Source: Phoronis australis (lineage: Eukaryota > Animalia > Phoronida). Taken from it: DNA of 64,000 nucleotides. Position numbers and translations under genes: made by a program. Below, in pieces: positions 26,589-40,336 of this stretch; the stretch's first letter is position 1; each line of letters begins with the position of its first letter. A model generated the notes under the pieces. It worked only from the letters and a program-made list of their open reading frames with translations. It ran no database searches and was not told the DNA's origin. The stretch is from positions 1 through 64,000 of the forward strand of contig NMRA01000991.1 in NCBI GenBank assembly GCA_002633005.1. Reading direction: 5' to 3'.

Positions 26589-26780
26589 NAATCCATTTTC
26601 TGTTCTTACCACCAGACTTGAGCCATGGCGGATTTGTGAATAGTCAAGTGTTATGGCGATGTCGTTTATCGACGATATATTATTATGAAATTCATGAAAT
26701 CGTAAGGATACATCTATTGCCACAGATTCTGGGTCGACATGGTTGTTGGTCGTGGGGGTCGAGGGGTTTTAGAGCAATCT
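26138..26780. mobile_element. MITE family copy (related to 27959-28679 and ~29545-29620), containing a (TA)n tract
   Basis: Ends GGATTGATCTAAATCCCCCTCC / GGTCGAGGGGTTTTAGAGCAATCT; internal AAACAACG(T/C)GACCAAATCAAA shared with the 28-kb copy. Confidence 0.6.
26513..26588. repeat. (TA)n microsatellite
   Basis: Uninterrupted TA run ending at an N (26589). Confidence 0.98.
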
Positions 26781-27019
26781 GACGAAATTGGAAAAATTGT
26801 TATCATAAATCTAAATGTGCAATTAACTATGCTTGAATAATAGAAGAATTTTAGCCAAGATTGGCTAAATATGTTGTCAAGAAGAAGTGTTCTGATTTCC
26901 TTACAAATTGGTTCTGTGTGTGAACAAACGAAGAATTGTTTACATTTATCAATTATTTTTCTGCAAAATTTTCATTCTCGTACAAACAGTGAAGCCCCGT
27001 ATTCGTAGGCGTACTCAAC

Positions 27020-27790
27020 AAACTGTGCCTTGCTGGAGAAGATGATGTCATTTACATCGATAAAAGCAAGAGAGGTCCTAAAATAGAACCATTTGGTACG
27101 AAATTGAAATGTCAAGGTAGTACTACGTGACATTATCAAGATAAATAAACTGCTTTTATTGATAATATAACTTTAAAGCCAATAAAACTTATTAGAAATC
27201 CCGTTATGTTTTAATGTCTGAGGAAGATATCGTGTTCGAAGTTATCGAAGGCTTTATAAATTCAATAAGAATGGAAATAGTACTTAGAACTTTGTCGATT
27301 TTTTAAAAAAGTTGACTAATTAAGTTTCCGCAAATTCAGTGGAGTGGTTGGGTCTGAAAACTATACCGGGACATATATAGAAGATTGTCATGAGAAAAAA
27401 AATGATCATGAAAATGTTTTTCGAAACATTGGAAACCGTAGGTAGAATAGATATTGTAGAATATAGTTTACAAGAGTGTTATTGTCGGTGTCATTACCTT
27501 AATAAGTAGGGTTTACCTTCAAACCACCTGGGAAATTACTTGTGTAGAGCGATTGGTTTAGAGTCATTGAGATTGGTTTGCATAAGAAATTAGAGCTTTT
27601 TGATAAATGAATATAATAGGCCTTCACTTTCTATAGTGGATTTGGATTCAGATTTTTAATCATCTCTAGTGCTTCTTCATCATCAACGGTTTGATAGTTA
27701 AAGGTAGATACGTCAAGGTTACTTTCGAAATGTTCATTACATAACATTATGGTGATTATCAGTGAAATTAAAGCACAAGAAATGTTCGTC
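27020..27790 (-). mobile_element. Degenerate non-LTR retrotransposon reverse transcriptase (CR1/L2-type)
   Basis: Minus-strand relics VPNGSILGPL (GVPQGSILGP motif), FRPNHSTEFA (QxGFR...ST), a KAFD-like segment and VDDEEALEMIKNLNP; frameshifted. Confidence 0.8.
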
Positions 27791-27958
27791 CAATAGTCAT
27801 GTAATCGTCTATATAACGTATAGTCTTTTTTGATGTAATTTACTTCCCGACAATCCGACACCCTTGTCCTGTTAATATCAATAGGGTCTGCGACGACAAT
27901 GTAACACCATTTGCTACAACCTGACTTCTTAGTTTGAGTTACCTGAAGACACAAATTT

Positions 27959-28679
27959 GGGATTATTCTAAAACTCCCTCGACCCTCTCGATCAACGACA
28001 CCCTCGATTCACGGCCCAACAACCTAATCGACCCAGTATGCACAAGCTCGACTCGATCTGAACATACAAGTGCTGAATTGCAGGACAAACGAGTAGGACT
28101 CTAAACTTGCCTGGCTTTTTCCCGTTTTTTTACATTAAAGAGAGTCGATTCGGCATATTTGAAAGTCCAAAAACAGAAAAAAAAACAACGCGACCAAATC
28201 AAATCAACGAACTACCAACGTTACAATTGTCGTTCCCGGCGATGTGTAATCGTCTTGTCTACTCTTGAGGCAATAGGAAATTCAAGTTCTTTGGGGAGAG
28301 TGTTAAGAGCCGACGATTATGTATTTTCTTCAATTAATACAGTTTGCAAAAACACGTTAACTAAGAACGTATTTCAACGTTACATGGAGTTTGTTGTAAA
28401 CGGATACACAACAGAAAGCACATAATAAAAAATCATATGAATTCACATTAACGCACTCTCTCCCTAAGTTTAGTTAATCTGGGACATCGTTAGCCGCGTG
28501 CATGTAAGTCTCAAAGGAAAGTCATTCAGCGACGTAATGTGAATTTGAAGTGCGTAAAATGAGCAAACATACTTTTATTTCCACAGATCGTGGATCAAGG
28601 GGGTCGTAAGTCTTGGGTCGTGGGTCGACGGAGTTGTAGGTGTGGGGGTCTAGGGGTCGATGGGGTTCATAACAATCCT
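27959..28679. mobile_element. MITE with TIRs and apparent 6-bp TSD AAATTT
   Basis: GGGATTATTCTAAAACTCCCTCGACC ... GGTCGATGGGGTTCATAACAATCCT; AAATTT at 27953-27958 and 28680-28685. Confidence 0.7.
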
Positions 28680-31600
28680 AAATTTGGAACAGAGCCGAGC
28701 ATTTGGGAATCAACGCAACTCCTGTATGAATTTGTCTTCAACCCAGTCTGTATCATATGTCTGCAGTTAATTTAATAGAGAACGGAGTTGACAATAATCT
28801 CTGGGGGCTGGTGGGGTACGATTTTGTCCCATAGATATTTTATGAGCATGTGTGTTGACTAAGAACGAAAATCCGGAAATATGCCATTTGGATGACGTAG
28901 AACCTTGTAACGGTGTGGTAAGTTAAGCTAAATATTTGCAAAATGGTTGCACATACTGTAATACACAGCCAGAGAATTTCATTTTACTATTTGCCAATCT
29001 ATCATTAATTCAGCCTGTGATCGTGTACTGTTTCATGAAATTTAGTAGAAAAGAACAGTTCAATGATGACAAAACAATTACAATTATAGTACAGTATATG
29101 TGTATACATGTACCTCACGTGAAATACGGGAAAGAATAGCCAATCCGTTTATCACGTTAGAGGCCGTATTCAACGGTAGCAGTCGTATTTCACGATTGGT
29201 GAGCTGTCTCCTGGTACAGCAATTTTGCGTTTACAACGTCATATTGATTAGGATCGTTTGTTTGGGTTACCAAAATCATCAACACAAGGCGTCGTTCCTG
29301 AAAAAGCAGTTTTACTGCTCAAACAAAACAAAAAATTACCTACGAAAATTCCGACGCTCGGTGATCAGGCGGATATTGGTGGGCCTCGCTGAACTTCCAG
29401 TTTGTGTAATCATAAGCAAGTCAAGCTAAGTAGCGCCCTCGGCCTAGAAAATCAGACAAAAGACTAATTCAAATCCAGATAATGCATTTTGTAATATGAT
29501 TATGAAATGTGTAAAAACCGCAAAAAGTACATCCATTCTATTGCCACAGATAGTGGGTTGTCGGTCGTGGTTCATGGGGTGTGGAAGTAGAAGGGGTCGA
29601 GGCGGTTTTAGGACAACCCTTCCAGAATTGAGTTTTGGTAGTCACACGTTTCCTAAGTCTTAGCACTACTCGTAAAACAACAATACCAAGGATTCTGAGT
29701 AAGTTAGGTTTAGTATGTTTTGCTGATACTCCTAAAATATGAGATTTTTTTCTCTTTCTCAGCGTTTTTATGTTTTGGGTAGTTAAAAGGAAAGAGTAAG
29801 AACCTTCAACTCGAAGTTATTTGACAGTTTACTTTCTACTTGCGGGCAAACATTAGGTTTATAGTTTAGATTTATTTATGGTTAGCGCGGATGATGCATT
29901 TGGTAAGCAGGTCCAAGTACTTGTTTACGCGTCATAGGCGTTTTTTTCGCCAAGAGCGGAGTGCAGCTTCCTGATTCAATTATTTGAACAGAGTCATAAT
30001 GGCACGTCGGTGAAGTTTAGAATACGAAATTGACCTTTCAGCTGTTCATAGATACAGTCCTAAGTATGTTTTTGAACATGGTTAGCATGCCGCACAGTTT
30101 CTTTCTCCTGCAGCCGATTTGAAGCAGAAGCATCCAGTTCACTATTTATTGATATGAGTTCATGCTTTAAGAACACAATGCCGTTATTATCAACGTGAGT
30201 TTGTGAACAATTGCTTCTACACCTCGATCCTCCAAGATCCTAAGAGTCCTGGATTGGAATGTTTGAAATACTTACAGTATTACGGGAAGCTTTTCGGCAG
30301 TTTGTTAACCTTATTGGCGTTTCTCGTGACTCAGCTCATTGTCGTGAAAGCAGGATCGTGTTACGTGTTCACCTGGCTTAAAGTACAAAACTTCCAACAA
30401 AAATGACGAACGGGATTGATGTGTGACAAAAGCAGAAATGGAAACGAGTCACGCACATAATACAATGAAATCAAGGACTCCGTTGTGAATCTCAAAAATA
30501 TGAAACAAATAAATGGAAACAGTGTCACCAAACAGAAAAACTTACCCCGGACTTCAGTTGATCGGTCTAAGTACGGGAGTCGTCATTGATGGTAGGCCCC
30601 TATCTTGTTTCGACGGTGTAATCGCAAACGATTTTCATGTAATCGTCCAGGATTGGAAAGCTACGACGTCACAATAAGTTATACCCCATGTCATTTTGAT
30701 TGTAGTTGGAATTAGTAGCATGAGTGCGTAACGTTTTTTAGTGCACAAGAAAAATTCCATTTTTGACCCACACGACACAGAATATCCCAAAAATAGCTTG
30801 TCGGATTTACATGAAATTTTTAGATACTATGTCTCTTTATCTTTCTCCAAAACGCTGTCAGGCATTGTTTTTAAATAGTTCCATTTTTGCATAACGAACT
30901 ATCAAAAATAGGACTTCCGTGATAGAACAACAGCGAAACGATAATTTAGAAGACTGGCACCATGTTAAAGTTAACAATACGTCTTTGCTTATGATATTGA
31001 TTGTGTTGTTTCGCTATGATTATACAGTTCCTTTCCAAAAAGTTTTACTGAAAAGCCTGGTCAGGTTACTTAAATGATTGCAGATAAGTATAAAGTAGAA
31101 AATGAAATTCAACAGAATATTGTGCTTTTGCTGGTTTAAGTCTTAGTTTTGATATGTTTGGATAAATGTAAGGTTTCGTCAAAACCTGAAATAACTGCAC
31201 AACTAAACCTGGCTCCATTAGTAAACTAAAATGCCTAGGCTATCAGATATCAACATGATAAAAAGGATGGCAATGTGTAAGTGAACCTTGTATCTGCATT
31301 GTTTTGGATATATGTTTGCGTGTAGTACGGCTGTGCGTCTTGGAGGTCACATGTACTTGTCCGTACGTGTGTTCGTGCAAAACTCATGAGTGTTTATGTG
31401 TAATATTGTAAATTTAGCAAATATTAGACACCCAGTCGATAAATATAGAAAAGAGGTCAAACAAAAACTGGACTTACATTTCAACTGAGCGCTGTTTTAC
31501 TTCTTGCCTGTCTGCAACAGTGGAATTTGTATGTGGATGTTGATATAAATGTAACCTACCTCGGTCTCCGTTTCATCTCTGGTAACCTACTTGCGAAACA

Positions 31601-34600
31601 GGTATCACTTAGTTATTTCTCGTGGTATTTCACTCGTCAATACATTTATGTTAGCACCTCTTACTTCTATACGTTTTTTTTTTCATCATACCCGCCAATT
31701 CCTGTGTGCAGGACTACACGTCACTTTCCTACCCATCTCATAGAACTATTGTTATCACGTGCCTTGAGCCACCGTTCATGTCACTGGGTCTTTTTATCTC
31801 CTATCTTACCAGAGATCAAATATTGTTTGGTTTGTATCCTCAACCAATTCCTTGTTGAGATTTTTAACTGCCTATACTGTAGTACGCCTATTGCAAAATG
31901 AGAGAATATGTACATGTATCAAGGAGCATTTAATCACAGAGAGTGTAAATATAGGCCAGTATTTCATGAAATCATTGAATGCGGCACAGGTCTATTCAAT
32001 CTTTGTGCACACATTTAAACGCCTGCTCAAAATCTGCAGTCACTAGTGTGGCTGTTAGCGCGAGTCAGTTACAGTATTCACCTTCTGATTTCCAGTTTAA
32101 CGTCTCCTTGAATGTATTTGTTGGCCAGTCATTGTAGGGCAAATGTCCATGCAAATTCTCTGGAGACTTTGTAGTTTAATGGAGTCTTTTTCAGTGCTGT
32201 ACGTAGTGGGACGAAGGCCCACATAGGCGCAGCCAATTACGTTTTTCCTTTCCAACGTGACGTTTACCCATCGTTCGGTATACGTGGGGTGTAAGTGCAC
32301 GTAGTTGCAGCCAACCACCTTTTTACAATTCATTGCATAGTAATAACCTTTTTCATATTAATGTACATGTACATGTAGCGTCTACGGGTACTGTGAGGCG
32401 TAGTCTCAATACTATAGCTTACGGCATCAATGAGCTATGACGACTGTAGCATTGTTGCCAAACATATTGGCGCGCGTGACCTCCAGGCATACATGTATGC
32501 TCACTGAGTAATGGAATATTTTAAAATATATCAAGATAAAAAAAACAAGTATGGTGTCACGTCCATAGGTGGATAAAGGGAAGAGGAGGTGGCGAAGGGC
32601 TCCGAGCAACCCAAGGTTGTGGGCGTTGCGCTCCTATTTTCCCTTAGAATTGTGTTTTGAGATCCCTTCAGAGACCACTTGGAATGCACACCAACCTTTA
32701 CCTCCGTGTGTAGACTCTATGTTAATCCTCAATCGTGAGTCAAAATTAGACCTACATGTCTGTGAGTCAGGTTTTGCAAGTTCAATGCAATTTTTAAATT
32801 CAGCGCCCTAATTTTTGCACTACAGCACTGGTAATCTTATGCTCTTCAAAGGTCATTTTGGCCAGTTTATTTGTTTCTTTTCGGACAAAAAAATGTAATT
32901 CATGATAAAATAACCTTGAGCGTTAAAACCATGCCCTCACCATGCGGGGCACGAAGTACGGGTAACAAAGTTTCTACTAGGTCTTCCCGCCAAGGGATTT
33001 CAAATACCAAGTGCACAGGTCCACTTGACGGCAAGGAGGTGAAAAAAGGCTCTGATAGATGGGGATGCAGTGGAAGGGATCAGAAAGAACTGTAAGATAA
33101 TGGGAGCATGCTTTAAGTTACGTTGTGCATTCACCTTTCCAAAATGGACCTATGGGTCTGTCAAAACATGGGGCAGAGGTATTGCACAAACAGGCACACA
33201 ACCCTTGGATATTTTGAGGAAAGATGTAGTATGCTAATGTCATTGGAATTTGCTAGCACATATCGCTGAACCCATCTTTCTGTCGACCTTGGAAACAGAG
33301 TTACCGTACAACAACGAAGGAGAGCTGTAATCTTGAAGGGAAATCAAATACATGTAGGACCATACTTAAGACTGTTCAAATTGAAAGTGAGGGGATTGAG
33401 GCAATGTATGTCGTATACGTTAGAACAGTACAATATTTTTGATTCGATGTTTAGAACGACGAAATTTTATGACAGTTGCCAGTGCTTTGTCTTGCACATT
33501 CTTAGAGACGTAGCAAGCGCAAGTACGTGGCAGACCTGCAAGTTCGGCAGCCTGACCAACTTCGTGAGTCTCGCGAGAATAAGCTCTTCTTAAAGCTTCC
33601 AGAGAAAGTACGTTCTCTGGACAAAGGTGGATTTGCTATAGTAGTCTTTCGTCATGTTGCGCTTACTGCTTTTTCGACACATACGATGGTCTTCAAATTC
33701 ACCGTAAGCTTTCCAATTCTTCCGCTACCAAGGCTAGGCTGAGTCAGTCAAAGCACTTGTTGCTCTGGAGATATACCCTGCTTTACATGGAAAAGTCTGT
33801 GAAATTTTCCATGCGCAAATGACTCTTTTTAATGTATACTGTGTACATGTATGCCGGAAACGATATCACTATGGTGGGAAGCACCTACCTAGTTTTTTAC
33901 AGGCTCAAAAATGTTTTACTATGAAACGGTGCTCCCAATTAAGAGTAAAGATAAGCTAAATTTACTAATTTGCAAGCTTTTAAAGGTTATCTCCAACGTT
34001 AAATAAACAAGGCTCTGTCAATCAGTAAAAGTAAATACTTTCTTAAAGGAAAAACAGGTAAAATAAAAAATGTAATGATAATTCTATACCATTATTTTTA
34101 TTACGTTACCGGTTTTCAAATCAATTTTTCATTCTTAAGAAAGGTGCATTTAAAGGAAAATAACCCCTTAATCGATTTTAATGAATACTTATTTAAATGA
34201 AAACTTCACCACTTACATCAAAAATTTTGTTAGGAATTTTAGTTTTGTGTTCTCATATGGTGTCCATGATAAATCAACTCGCAAATTGTAAAGCGTTTTT
34301 GTAAAAATAGCAGTCGTATTTGTAATGTAGTTACTTTAGTTTACCCTAGAGGCCGCTCTTTGTATAACACACACAAGTTGATGACGTAGCGATAAGTAGT
34401 GTCAAGTTTACTAGTTAGATAATAAATCATTATCAAAGAAATCATCTTTAAATACAGTACAGTATTCGTCTTTTTTACATTACGCAAAAACTAGACCCTT
34501 ATATCGAATAATCGTACTGTTTTCGAGATTGAATCATAAATATTAAGTTTGTAAAGTTTCAGTATAATCCACGTAGCCCTTTTTGCGATATCGTGTTCCT

Positions 34601-36547
34601 GAACTCATATTAAGCCGATTTCCCGAAGCCAAAAAAAAACAGTCGTGAGTCTCAACTTTTGCGGTTAATTAATTTTCATTCAATATAACCTATGCATGCT
34701 ATAATCTATACCATGTTCGATGCTTCCACATTCACGCGCATTGTCAACTGAATTATAACCAAACAGGCTGTATCATTGGTACCATTTTCAATACTTCAAC
34801 AATCATGCTCAATGTCAATTGAATTTAAAGTACGCGATTTTATTATCAGAGGAACGTTTCATCGGTCAATTCGGTTTCCAATCCATCGAGTCTAACTAGA
34901 TAATGCAGTTGGAGCCAACACATTAAGAGGGGATGCTGGTGCACTGTGGTTCACTTTAAAGTAGGTCAACAGTACATACTACGCTCCCGGAGACTGGTAT
35001 GAATCTCAAGTACGAAATGGATAATAGAAATCCAGTCGGCAGTTAAAGCCAGTTAGTGAGCTTGTGATCGAAACAGCGAAATGTCAAACTACCTATCGTA
35101 TTAACGTATAAGGGAGACGAACACAGACACATACATGTATGCGTGAGGTGACACGCACTATATTTTCTTAACACAACTCCCTCGGGAGTTTTGTCTTCAT
35201 TATCCCCAGCATCTTTCTAACGTAAGTGAGTGCCGTCGACTCAAAATTATCGAGATTTATTGATCGAAAGGAGTGAGGGTACATACGGAGCTGTTCTGTG
35301 CCTGGTGGGAGCTTCGATTAGAAAGACAGTCCTTAATTTTTTGACCTCGGATAAGTAGTAAATATATTCTAAACGGCTGAGCTGTTGCAAGGTGGTTCTG
35401 TGGAATTTCATTTTCTAGCCACACGGTATATGTTTTGTATTTGAAATTCCCCGAGAATCAAGATAAGGTATTTTGCCACTCATATGTGAAATAATGTAAA
35501 AATGGGCATTTTTTGTAAATAATGTTTGAGACATCGCAACACGATTAATGCAATAACCTGTACAGTCACGCTAACAACCAACTGTCATGATTAAATTCAA
35601 CATCAGTTCGGTGGCCTGCATACGTATAGAGAGTGGTCATAAACATCCATGCATCCTCTGCTTGGAATATATGTGTCATCCAATTACCTCAGATCGACAA
35701 AGTCGAAATTATTATGTCATAAAATGACTGAATTTGTAATAGTCCGTGAAACGTTGCTTTCAAACGAAAACAGGGAAAACTGGTAATTTCCCGTGACATC
35801 TGACTTACAAGATCGACCGTTCCTTCCGTTTTTGTAAGTCAAATGCCGCTTTGTCACTTGCAAAAAATCATCTACCTGACAAATGATTGTTCTGTTCCAA
35901 GAAACTTAAGAATCTGCTTACAATTAGAATATTCACACATTGCACAGGGCCATAAGGGAAGTCCTAGGCCTGCAAAGGGCAAAGGTAGGATTTGCGCTCA
36001 GTGCTTCGTTTCTATTAGAACAAAAGCATTTTTTCGTTTTTGAGATGCAAATAAGAACTGCACAATGCCATATGATTTGGGTGAAAGCTTTATAGAGCAT
36101 GACAGAAAATGGTCTTCAATCTCAATCTGATGAAAGACACCTCTTAGCCACAAGGCCCTCAAATGTTGCTTTATAAAAAATGGTAGGTCTAACGCTGTGG
36201 TTACTGCGTGAAAAAAAACGCCAAGAGGAATACCTCGTTGAATGTGACTAGGGTAAGGGGTTCCCCAAATTATCAGAGTCGTTGGGCGTTTTACTGAACT
36301 CCGGTGCTTCACTAACCCACGAGAAGGTGACACACGCCTTTGCTGTAGTGTAGGCAAGTTCGGTGCAAACAGGCACAGGACAAAAGAATAAAAAAACTCG
36401 TAACAAAGCCATGTTCAATCAAGGACACATAATATCGGAATTCATATCAACTGCGCACTATGTGATAAGCTTTTGCAAGTGGGTAAAATGTTAGGGATAG
36501 GTTAATAATTTCTAAAAAAACACCGCAAATAAACTGTGCTAACCCTC

Positions 36548-39000
36548 TAGTGGTCTCTACGCACGAAATCCAATATGGCCGCCACCGACAAAAGGAAGTG
36601 GCACATTTCACCTATTATTATCACTGGAGCATATTTTTGGGTGTGAGAAGTTCATTTATGATGATATTTTTATGCTTGAGGCTATTTAAATCTATGTACA
36701 CTGTCTCTGGACTGAAAATATCAAACGCGTGGCCCTGCACATTGTCACTGGATAGAAATGCCAAACGCACGGTTCCGAGCAGATTCACTCTTACATATAT
36801 TATTTTTGTTGCTTGGAATCAGGCCGAATACCATGTCTGCAAAGATAATTTAGTTTGACCTATTTTAACTCTTTCAAGACATATCTCCGTACATTGTGTT
36901 GAAAACCTTACCTCAAAATGTGGCGATAATTCCTTCGAATTTCCTAAAAGAAAGGCCAGCAACTGGTCATTATGTTGCCTTCGCCAAGAAGTGGAAAAAC
37001 TCTGATAGTGAAAAGAAATTGAGTCCGAAAAAACGGTGGATCTCACCAATATGCAGCGAGTCTGCTCTGAAAAGTTTCAAAATGAAGACCTGTACAAATA
37101 TACAGAGCTAGAATTAAAACTGTAGAAAACACATCAACGGCTAGGCTATAAAATCCAATAACTGGGTGGCACTTGCACATTTAAACACTGCTATTGACGC
37201 TGAGGCTGGTGATGTCCAATATCACATATATTATACTCATTCATCTGAAAAACAATGCTCGAGCATCCTAGACGTCATGTGTCAAGGGCACTTACGTAAG
37301 TCATCAATACGATCCCTTGGTAATCGCTCATCTAGTAGCGTTTGTGAAGTCCAACCATTACACTTTCAAGCTTGCTGAGTTGAGAAAGATCTATTATCGT
37401 CGTCTGCAGCAGCTGAACTATGATTCGATTGGTGTGTACATGTACATGTATGTGTACCCCAAACGGTTCAAAGAACATGTTATAAAAAACTAGGGTGTGA
37501 TTTGTCTGAATACTCAATGAGTTGTGACATTTACATATCTCATTAGCTGACAGATAGCGCCGCTGTGACAGAGACTGCCCATCTCCAGGTTACGGAGGAC
37601 GAAGTTAAGAAGATTGCTGAAGCCGGCGTCATGCATCGTAAATGTAGTCTTCTACCACACGCGCCACTCCACGGATCATTCACTTCAAACAGTTCCAGTG
37701 AGCCAGTCCTGAAACCTTTTCTGTCAAGCAAAGACGTCTTGCTTCAGCGTTCCAACTCTGTTGAGGAGAAAATGACAGAAAACCAAAGGAACATCAGCGC
37801 CACAATAGAATCGCATGCACTATGGAATGCTTCCATGGGCATGCTCCACGTCTAAGTGGCATCTTAAGGGTATGGAGGCAAACTGCTGGATGGATCTGGA
37901 TGCGACGACATGCTATCCCTAGCCAATGTCTTCATTCTTGTTGTTGCATCATCTCTTTTGGGTGGAAAACATGTCCAGCGTACCGGGTATGCATACCAGC
38001 TCACTCTTGCTTGGCTTAATAAGTTAAAAGAAATTGGCATATGATGAGTCCTCTCATGAAGGCTATGGACCTTACGAACGCTTTGATATGTGGGAAAAAC
38101 AAGTTAGTAATGCTACAACATTTTGGTACCAGAAATTTTTGAGAGAGTATCTGCTCATTAACTGTCGCATCATTCCATGTCAGAGGCTGACTATTGACTC
38201 AAAAAGCCGTGAAGAAATGTGTCCTTTTTTTTTTAATTTGGAAATACAGATGACGCACGCTGGAAGCCTGTTTACCTGAGAGATATTGAACAGCTTCCAC
38301 AGCCCCACCTTTCAGTGCACGAATCTTTCATGGAAGGGAAATCTGTTGTTCAACGGAATGACAGGAAGTTTTCTTTGATGGCTCTTGACCTAAGCCAAAA
38401 GTACGGTATCAAGTTCGTGAAGGGGTACAGTGGTGCAAATGGGGCCTATGCCATCAAAAAGAGAAGATAACGATTGAACTCTCAAAGCCAGAAGTGTTGA
38501 GGTTAATTGATGAGTTTGAGAATGCATGCTTCTCTACATAGAAGCAAGGATATTGGTCAAACCTAATTCATAGAGTTTGTTAAAACAATAACTGATTTCG
38601 CTACCGAACCGTTGTCTGACATCATCCCAAGGACCGAGTTGTTCACTTTCGCCAATAGACCACTCACTGATTTGAAGAGAGGTAGTGACAAGTTGGGATC
38701 TACCAAAGCGAAAACGGATTTCATCACCAAGATGTTCATGTCGCTCCAAGCACGTCCCTCGCCAAAAAAACCGATACTAAATCCAGGTCAATGGGCCTGG
38801 GAATGGAATGATAGAACTTAAAATGGGTGTCATAATGGGCAGACATAGGGGATATAAGCCAGGCGTGCTCCCTACTTCCCCATTGTGGCTGTGTTGTTAC
38901 CTGCGAAGGCAATTGTGAGTGTCATCGAGCTGGCTGTCGGTGTATCACATTGTGCAAATGCGAAGGTGCCTGCAGCAGCAGTGACTCTTAAAGTTGAAAT
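36548..39000 (+). mobile_element. Academ (AcademX-like) DNA transposon fossil
   Basis: TAG terminus with CCAATATGGCCGCC; frameshifted ARWKPVYLRDIEQLPQPHLSVHESFMEGKSVVQRNDRKFSLMALD (~38255-38390); PGQWAWEW and C-terminal CGCVVTCEGNCECHRAGCRCITLCKCEGAC Cys8 finger (~38880-38975). Confidence 0.78.
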
Positions 39001-39499
39001 TTCATCTTTCTCAGTGTCTGGTTGCTTTATAAGTACATGATACAAACTAGCAGCCAGCAGTATTTGGTAGACCATTCTGTTCCTTCAGTTGCTAATATAG
39101 TATGTCTCAGTTTAGAAGTACTATCATAGTCAGCTGGAGATGTCCTATTTTGTGCAGCTGGTTTTGACGTGGGGTAACTTTAGGTTTTTGAGCGGCGAGT
39201 CACATCGATGTACACATTAACTGAGCAAAGTAACTTCCATGAGGACGAACATAAATTTGAGTATGTAAATACATGGTGAAGAGGTACAGTATTTGTCTGT
39301 ACGCGGCATGTGTGAGTGAATCGGCTTGTTGACGTCGGACACAATGTAACAAAGAGGTTAATCAAACATATAATAGGCAAGTTTAGAAAAGGAGCAAGAA
39401 GTAAGCAAAAACCTTACAAACAAAGCGCGAAAAAACTCAGTGGGCCGGTTCGTGCGTTCATCAGATCGATCAACAGATGAGAGAAAACTATGCAACGGT

Positions 39500-39700
39500 G
39501 TTTGTGATTTAGTAATACCATGAACAATGTGTAGTTATGTGCTTGTTTTGTAATGATGTATTCTTTGTAGATGCCCGGTGTAGATGGCTCAGTGCGATAT
39601 TATGAAAATTGTATGTTTTTATTCTATTCACCAGGTGTGCTTCGTATGTACAATTAGTAATCGTATTTCGCAGTGGTTCTTAACAAATGGAATTTACTAC
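39500..39700 (+). repeat. Dispersed repeat, second copy at ~45609-45900
   Basis: GTGATTTAGTAATAC...GGTGTAGATGGCTCAGTG(C/T)GATATTATG...GCAGTGGTTC is shared. Confidence 0.75.
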
Positions 39701-40113
39701 ACCAAAGAAACGCTGTTTGCAACTGCCAATCTACTTATTAGGCATGCATACTGCATCATACTTAATCTAAGTAAAATTAATATCTGCCCGTTCAAAATTG
39801 TTTTCTTTTACAAAATTTGATAATGTATCGCTGAGAGAATAAGTGGACAACGTCAACGACCAACTGATGCATGTGACTAGTGCAGATTTTAATGTCAACG
39901 ATGCATGCAAACGAAATGGGAAAAATGCAATTAGTATTATTTGCAGATAACCTAAAAATGAATTGCAGTACATTAAAAAGTCATTGGCGATTCAGAATCA
40001 GCATGCCACTGATTCTCTGAATAACATGCGGAGCTCAGGTACCCTGCAACTATGGTGATGACCAGCTACTGACTATATTCTTTGTATCCCTCACTTCACT
40101 TGATGGATGTTAC

Positions 40114-40144
40114 CTGACCTGTATGTTGGCACTTGTTGTCCTTC
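40114..40144 (-). CDS. Candidate second exon of gene B (EGQQVPTYRS), phase 0-1
   Basis: catatttag|...|gtaaca, 31 nt; converts the phase-0 signal exon to the phase 1 used by the domain exons. Confidence 0.5.
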
Positions 40145-40279
40145 CTAAATATGATCCTGATGATGTCTAATGAATTGACGAAACGTTGCTTGAACAAGAA
40201 CTTTTTTGTGTGGCGATCGTCCGGCATTTGTTCTTTGTTTAGTAGAATTAATAAAGTTACATTTAGGTATTTCACTCAC

Positions 40280-40336
40280 ATGAATACGACACGAAATATT
40301 CCTTATCGGTAACAAGAGAATAACAGAAACTACCAT
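40280..40336 (-). CDS. Candidate signal-peptide first coding exon of gene B (MVVSVILLLPIRNISCRIH)
   Basis: ATG, short hydrophobic core, consensus gtgagt donor in phase 0. Confidence 0.5.

Noticed and set aside
26432-26782. ORFs with IYIYIY runs
   Set aside because: Translation of the (TA)n microsatellite.
39180-39296. DKYCTSSPCIY EGF-like start after a phase-1 acceptor
   Set aside because: The remaining EGF cysteines are absent and the frame closes quickly.
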